This document shows, piece by piece, positions 8,084 to 11,860 of a stretch of DNA of 11,860 nucleotides (position 1 is its first letter; every line of letters begins with the position of its first letter). The position numbers were made by a program, and so were the translations under genes. The stretch comes from a virus (taxonomy: Duplodnaviria > Heunggongvirae > Uroviricota > Caudoviricetes). Location: positions 1 through 11,860 of the IMG/VR virus record IMGVR_UViG_2703718842_000002. One strand, written 5' to 3'. Under the pieces are notes generated by a model, which was not told the origin of the DNA, made no database searches, and saw nothing but the letters and a program-made list of their open reading frames with translations.

Positions 8084-11000
8084 ATGGCAGTAAAGATTTC
8101 AGGTGTACTGAAAGACGGCACAGGAAAACCGGTACAGAACTGCACAATCCAGCTGAAAGCAAAACGTAACAGCACCACGGTGGTGGCGAACACGGTGGCC
8201 TCAGAAAATCCGGATGAAGCCGGGCGTTACAGCATGGACGTTGAGTACGGTCAGTACAGCGTTATTCTGTTGGTGGAAGGCTTCCCGCCATCGCATGCCG
8301 GGACCATCACCGTGTATGAAGACTCACAACCGGGTACGCTGAATGATTTTCTCGGTGCCATGACGGAGGATGATGTCCGTCCGGAGGCACTGCGCCGTTT
8401 TGAACTGATGGTGGAAGAGGTGGCGCGTAACGCGTCCGCGGTGGCACAGAACACGGCAGCCGCGAAGAAGTCAGCCAGCGATGCCAGCACATCAGCCCGT
8501 GAGGCGGCAACCCATGCGACTGATGCTGCAGGCTCAGCACGCGCAGCCAGCACGTCAGCCGGACAGGCCGCGTCGTCGGCTCAGTCAGCATCTTCCAGCG
8601 CAGGAACAGCATCAACAAAGGCCACTGAAGCATCAAAAAGTGCTGCCGCCGCAGAGTCTTCAAAAAGCGCGGCAGCCACCAGTGCCGGTGCAGCGAAAAC
8701 GTCAGAAACGAATGCCGCAGCATCACAAAAATCTGCGGCCACTTCTGCATCCACCGCGACCACGAAAGCGTCAGAAGCTGCCACCTCAGCCCGGGATGCG
8801 TCGGCTTCAAAAGTGGCGGCAAAATCATCAGAAACGAGCGCAGCCTCGAGCGCCGGCATTGCAGCTTCCTCGGCAACGGCGGCAGGAAATTCCGCGAAGG
8901 CCGCAAAAACGTCTGAGACGAATGCGGATAACAGCGCACAGGCGGCAGCAGACTCACAAACTGCATCGGCAAACTCCGCGACAGCAGCCAAAAAATCAGA
9001 AACCAACGCGAAAAATAGTGAGGCAGCAGCAAAGGTCAGCGAAACCAACGCTAAAGCGTCAGAGAACAAGGCGAAAGAATATCTCGACAAGGTCGGGGGA
9101 CTCGTCAGCCCGATGACGCAATACGATTGGCCTGTTGTTACTGCTAGTGAGTCTCTTTACATCAAGATCGCGAAACTTTCCGATCCTGGAACCAGCAGAA
9201 GTCATGTAACGCTAATGGTTACTAACGCTGGTAACTACGGCTCCCCTTACGGAAACATTGACTTTATCGAGATCTCGGCGCGCGGTCTGCCTTCTTTGCT
9301 TAGTGCGGATAATGTTTCTCGTCATCTGAGTATACGCCGCTTAGGGTCAACCGGGCTGACCGATAACAACCAGATGCGTTACGGCCTGGTTAAAGGTGAC
9401 GGCTTTATTGAGGTTTGGGCATTCCAGGGTGCGTTTATTAACGACGCAAAGGTTGCGGTGCTGGCGCAGACGGCACGCACGGAATTATACATTCCAGACG
9501 GATTTGTTAAGCAAACCGCCGCGCCTTCTGGATATATTGAAGGCAACGTTGTAAGGATTTACGACCAGGTAAACAAGCCGACTAAAGCAGATTTGGGTCT
9601 TTGTAATGCTATGCTTACAGGCGCTTTCGGTCTTGGCGGTAGCGGGATAGCAACAAACGGCAAGATGAGCGATGTAGAGATCTTAAAAGCTCTGCGTGAC
9701 AAAGGTGGTCATTTCTGGCGCGGTGATAAGCCGACCGGAAGCACGGCGACCATTTATAGCCACGGTTCTGGTATATTCTCGCGGTGCGGCGATACGTGGT
9801 CAGCGATCAATATCGACTACTCAACCGCGAAGATTAAGATCTATGCCGGCAACGATGCCCGGTTTAACAACGGGACTTTTAGCGTCAATGAGCTATACGG
9901 CTCGGCAAACAAGCCGTCGAAATCGGATGTTGGACTTGGCAACGTAACGAACGATGCGCAGGTAAAAAAAACCGGCGATACAATGACCGGTGACTTGACA
10001 ATCAAAAAAGGTACACCGTCAGTCTTCCTGCGGGCAGACAGTGGAGTCACCGCTTTGCGGTTTTATACTGGCGATAACACAGAGCGCGGCATAATCTATG
10101 CTGGTCCTAACACTGATTCGCTTGGCGAAGTTCGCATCAGGGCAAAGACAGCAGGGGGGACATCAGGAGGGGATCTTGTTGTTCGTCACGACGGGAGGGT
10201 TGAAGTCCGTGATCTCACAGTAGCGTATAAAATTAAAAGCAGAACGATTGAGATTGCAAATACCGACACTGACTCATCGGCAACTACGCTCAGCATCTAT
10301 GGAGTACAGCACACGCCATTGGTTTTAACGCGTTCTGGTTCTTCTGAAAATGTGTCCATTGGGTTTAAGTTAGACAATGTGAACCCAAAGTATCTTGGAA
10401 TTGATACTAATGGGGATCTGGCTTTTGGTGAGAGTCCTGATCAGAAACAAAACAGCAAATTGATCACGCAAGCGAAACTCGACAAGGGATTAACGATTGG
10501 TGGTCAACTGGCTTTCAAAGGTACGACAGCGTTTTCAGCCGCTGCTACGTTCAGTGCCGGGATAGCAGGAGCCATCGAGCCGGAAGCCATTGACGGCCGG
10601 ACTATTGATTTAAACGACTTGATTATTGCTAATACAGAAGCTGGATCCGTTAAATACTATCAATGCAAAACTGTCGCAGGTGGTGCAAATATTACCAATA
10701 AGCCTGACGGCGTAAGCGGTAACTTTTTGGTTCGTGTAGAGTCGATTCGTAAGACTACGGGATCAGATTATGCGAACATGCAAACGCTGATTAACAGCGA
10801 CACAAAACGTATATACGTTCGCTTTGTTGTTAATGGAAACTGGACAGCGTGGAGTCAGGTTGTTGTTTCCGGATGGAATCAGGATGTAACCGTCAGGTCG
10901 TTAACCTCGACGACTCCATCAAAATTAGGTGGCGGGCGGATTGATGTGCTTGGAAGTACGTCAGATTATGGCAGCATGAATTGTACCGTTCGTGGTGTTG

Positions 11001-11860
11001 ATAGCACTGGAACCAATTCGGCGTGGTCGGTAGGCACATCAGAAAGCACAGGCAAAATGTTGTTCCTGAAAAACCACAGAAGCAGCGCTCAAGTGCTGTT
11101 AAATGGCGATGATGGAGCGGTTCAACTACTAAGTGGCACTGTTAACGGTGCTACAGCGCAGGCGCTAACCATCAACAAAGATGAGGTTAACTCAACTGCC
11201 GATTTAGTAATTAGAAAACAAACAGGGACTGGCAATCGTTTTGCTTTACTTAATTCAGGTAATTCAGAACTACCAGTTAGTATCAGGGTGTGGGGTTCCA
11301 GTACTCGACAAAACGTTTTTGAGGTTGGCACGTCTGCTGCGTATCTGTTTTATGCGCAAAAAACAACAGACGGGCAAAACCTTACTGTAAACGGAAGTGT
11401 TAACTGCACCACACTGAATCAGTCATCAGACCGCAGACTGAAAGAAAATATCGAGATTATCGATAACGCGACTGACGCAATCCGCAAAATTAATGGATAC
11501 ACATACACGCTCAAGGAGAATGGGGCACATTGCGCCGGGGTTATAGCCCAGGAAGTTGAAGAGGCCATCCCGGAGGCCGTTGGTTCATTCATCCATTACG
11601 GTGAAGAGTTGCAAGGTCCGACCGTTGACGGCAACGAGCTACGCGAAGAAACGCGCTATCTTAATGTTGACTACGCCGCCGTGACGGGCTTACTTGTTCA
11701 GTTCGCCCGTGAAACAGATGATCGCGTTACCGCGCTGGAAGAGGAAAACACAACGCTACGTCAAAATCTGGCAACAGCAGACACCCGGATCAGCACTCTG
11801 GAAAATCAGGTAAGCGAACTGGTTGCACTTGTCCGGCAGTTAACAGGAAGCGAACATTGA
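8084..11860 (+). CDS. stf: Side tail fibre protein: lambda Stf-like N-terminal anchor + Ala/Ser-rich repeat stalk + divergent distal fibre module + C-terminal intramolecular-chaperone (peptidase S74-type) domain
   Basis: Track ORF 8078-11860 begins at a GTG; ATG at 8084 gives MAVKISGVLKDGTGKPVQNCTIQLKAKRNSTTVVANTV...SMDVEYGQYSVIL..., which matches the lambda Stf N-terminus, and GGGG sits 6 nt upstream. Stop TGA at 11858-11860 is the last codon in the window. Confidence 0.9.
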   Translation: MAVKISGVLKDGTGKPVQNCTIQLKAKRNSTTVVANTVASENPDEAGRYSMDVEYGQYSVILLVEGFPPSHAGTITVYEDSQPGTLNDFLGAMTEDDVRPEALRRFELMVEEVARNASAVAQNTAAAKKSASDASTSAREAATHATDAAGSARAASTSAGQAASSAQSASSSAGTASTKATEASKSAAAAESSKSAAATSAGAAKTSETNAAASQKSAATSASTATTKASEAATSARDASASKVAAKSSETSAASSAGIAASSATAAGNSAKAAKTSETNADNSAQAAADSQTASANSATAAKKSETNAKNSEAAAKVSETNAKASENKAKEYLDKVGGLVSPMTQYDWPVVTASESLYIKIAKLSDPGTSRSHVTLMVTNAGNYGSPYGNIDFIEISARGLPSLLSADNVSRHLSIRRLGSTGLTDNNQMRYGLVKGDGFIEVWAFQGAFINDAKVAVLAQTARTELYIPDGFVKQTAAPSGYIEGNVVRIYDQVNKPTKADLGLCNAMLTGAFGLGGSGIATNGKMSDVEILKALRDKGGHFWRGDKPTGSTATIYSHGSGIFSRCGDTWSAINIDYSTAKIKIYAGNDARFNNGTFSVNELYGSANKPSKSDVGLGNVTNDAQVKKTGDTMTGDLTIKKGTPSVFLRADSGVTALRFYTGDNTERGIIYAGPNTDSLGEVRIRAKTAGGTSGGDLVVRHDGRVEVRDLTVAYKIKSRTIEIANTDTDSSATTLSIYGVQHTPLVLTRSGSSENVSIGFKLDNVNPKYLGIDTNGDLAFGESPDQKQNSKLITQAKLDKGLTIGGQLAFKGTTAFSAAATFSAGIAGAIEPEAIDGRTIDLNDLIIANTEAGSVKYYQCKTVAGGANITNKPDGVSGNFLVRVESIRKTTGSDYANMQTLINSDTKRIYVRFVVNGNWTAWSQVVVSGWNQDVTVRSLTSTTPSKLGGGRIDVLGSTSDYGSMNCTVRGVDSTGTNSAWSVGTSESTGKMLFLKNHRSSAQVLLNGDDGAVQLLSGTVNGATAQALTINKDEVNSTADLVIRKQTGTGNRFALLNSGNSELPVSIRVWGSSTRQNVFEVGTSAAYLFYAQKTTDGQNLTVNGSVNCTTLNQSSDRRLKENIEIIDNATDAIRKINGYTYTLKENGAHCAGVIAQEVEEAIPEAVGSFIHYGEELQGPTVDGNELREETRYLNVDYAAVTGLLVQFARETDDRVTALEEENTTLRQNLATADTRISTLENQVSELVALVRQLTGSEH
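8430..9090 (+). repeat. Low-complexity Ala/Ser/Thr-rich coding repeats within stf (degenerate K-x-SETNA-type units)
   Basis: Translation is dominated by A/S/T/K with recurring KTSETNAAASQKSAATSAS, KTSETNADNS, KKSETNAKNSE, KVSETNAKASENKAKE. G+C is very high (about 65% by hand count at 8461-8520). This bias also produces long spurious ORFs on both strands. Confidence 0.55.
11426..11857 (+). other. C-terminal intramolecular chaperone / auto-proteolysis domain of the tail fibre (endosialidase-chaperone type, peptidase S74-like)
   Basis: Domain starts at the motif S-D-R-R-L-K (Ser codon 11426-11428, Lys codon 11441-11443), matching the S-D-x-x-x-K Ser/Lys dyad signature. The following ~140 aa (ENIEIIDNATDAIRKINGYTYTLKENG...YLNVDYAAVTGLLVQFARE...LEEENTTLRQNLATADTRISTLENQVSELVALVRQL) end in a heptad-like coiled-coil segment. 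Confidence 0.7.

Noticed and set aside
8251-9116. Several 100-241-aa ORFs on both strands across the stf stalk (8251-8553 -, 8307-9032 -, 8581-9090 -, 8481-9116 +)
   Set aside because: They are produced by the extreme Ala/Ser codon bias and repeats of the stf stalk region. Their translations are low-complexity (poly-Ala, or Arg/Gln/Pro-rich) and they overlap the real stf frame completely.

Overview
This window is the distal end of the tail-gene (late) operon of a lambda-like prophage of enterobacterial type (E. coli/Shigella-like), with every phage gene on the + strand. In order: (1) the left 292 bp of an IS1 element in minus orientation (insA N-terminus, terminal inverted repeat at 270-292), which cuts into the tail tape-measure gene; (2) the C-terminal ~397 codons of the tape-measure protein (H-like); (3) a colinear lambda tail-tip module M, L, K, I, J with the usual tight or overlapping gene junctions; (4) a lom-type outer-membrane-protein moron bracketed by two intrinsic-terminator hairpins; (5) a 1259-codon side tail fiber that ends exactly at the window edge. 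I did not find a defence system, toxin-antitoxin pair, CRISPR array, tRNA or integrase, and the intergenic gaps (about 60-66 nt each) leave no room for a hidden gene. What is worth a second look is mosaicism. The side tail fiber joins a lambda Stf-like N-terminus to a lower-G+C distal module ending in a self-cleaving intramolecular-chaperone domain (S-D-x-x-x-K motif). J carries two low-G+C, diverged patches, including its receptor-binding C-terminus. The tape-measure gene is disrupted by IS1, so the tail module is probably defective. All identifications rest on reading the translations and on remembered lambda/IS1 sequences; no database search was run, and the G+C figures are hand counts over 60-nt lines.
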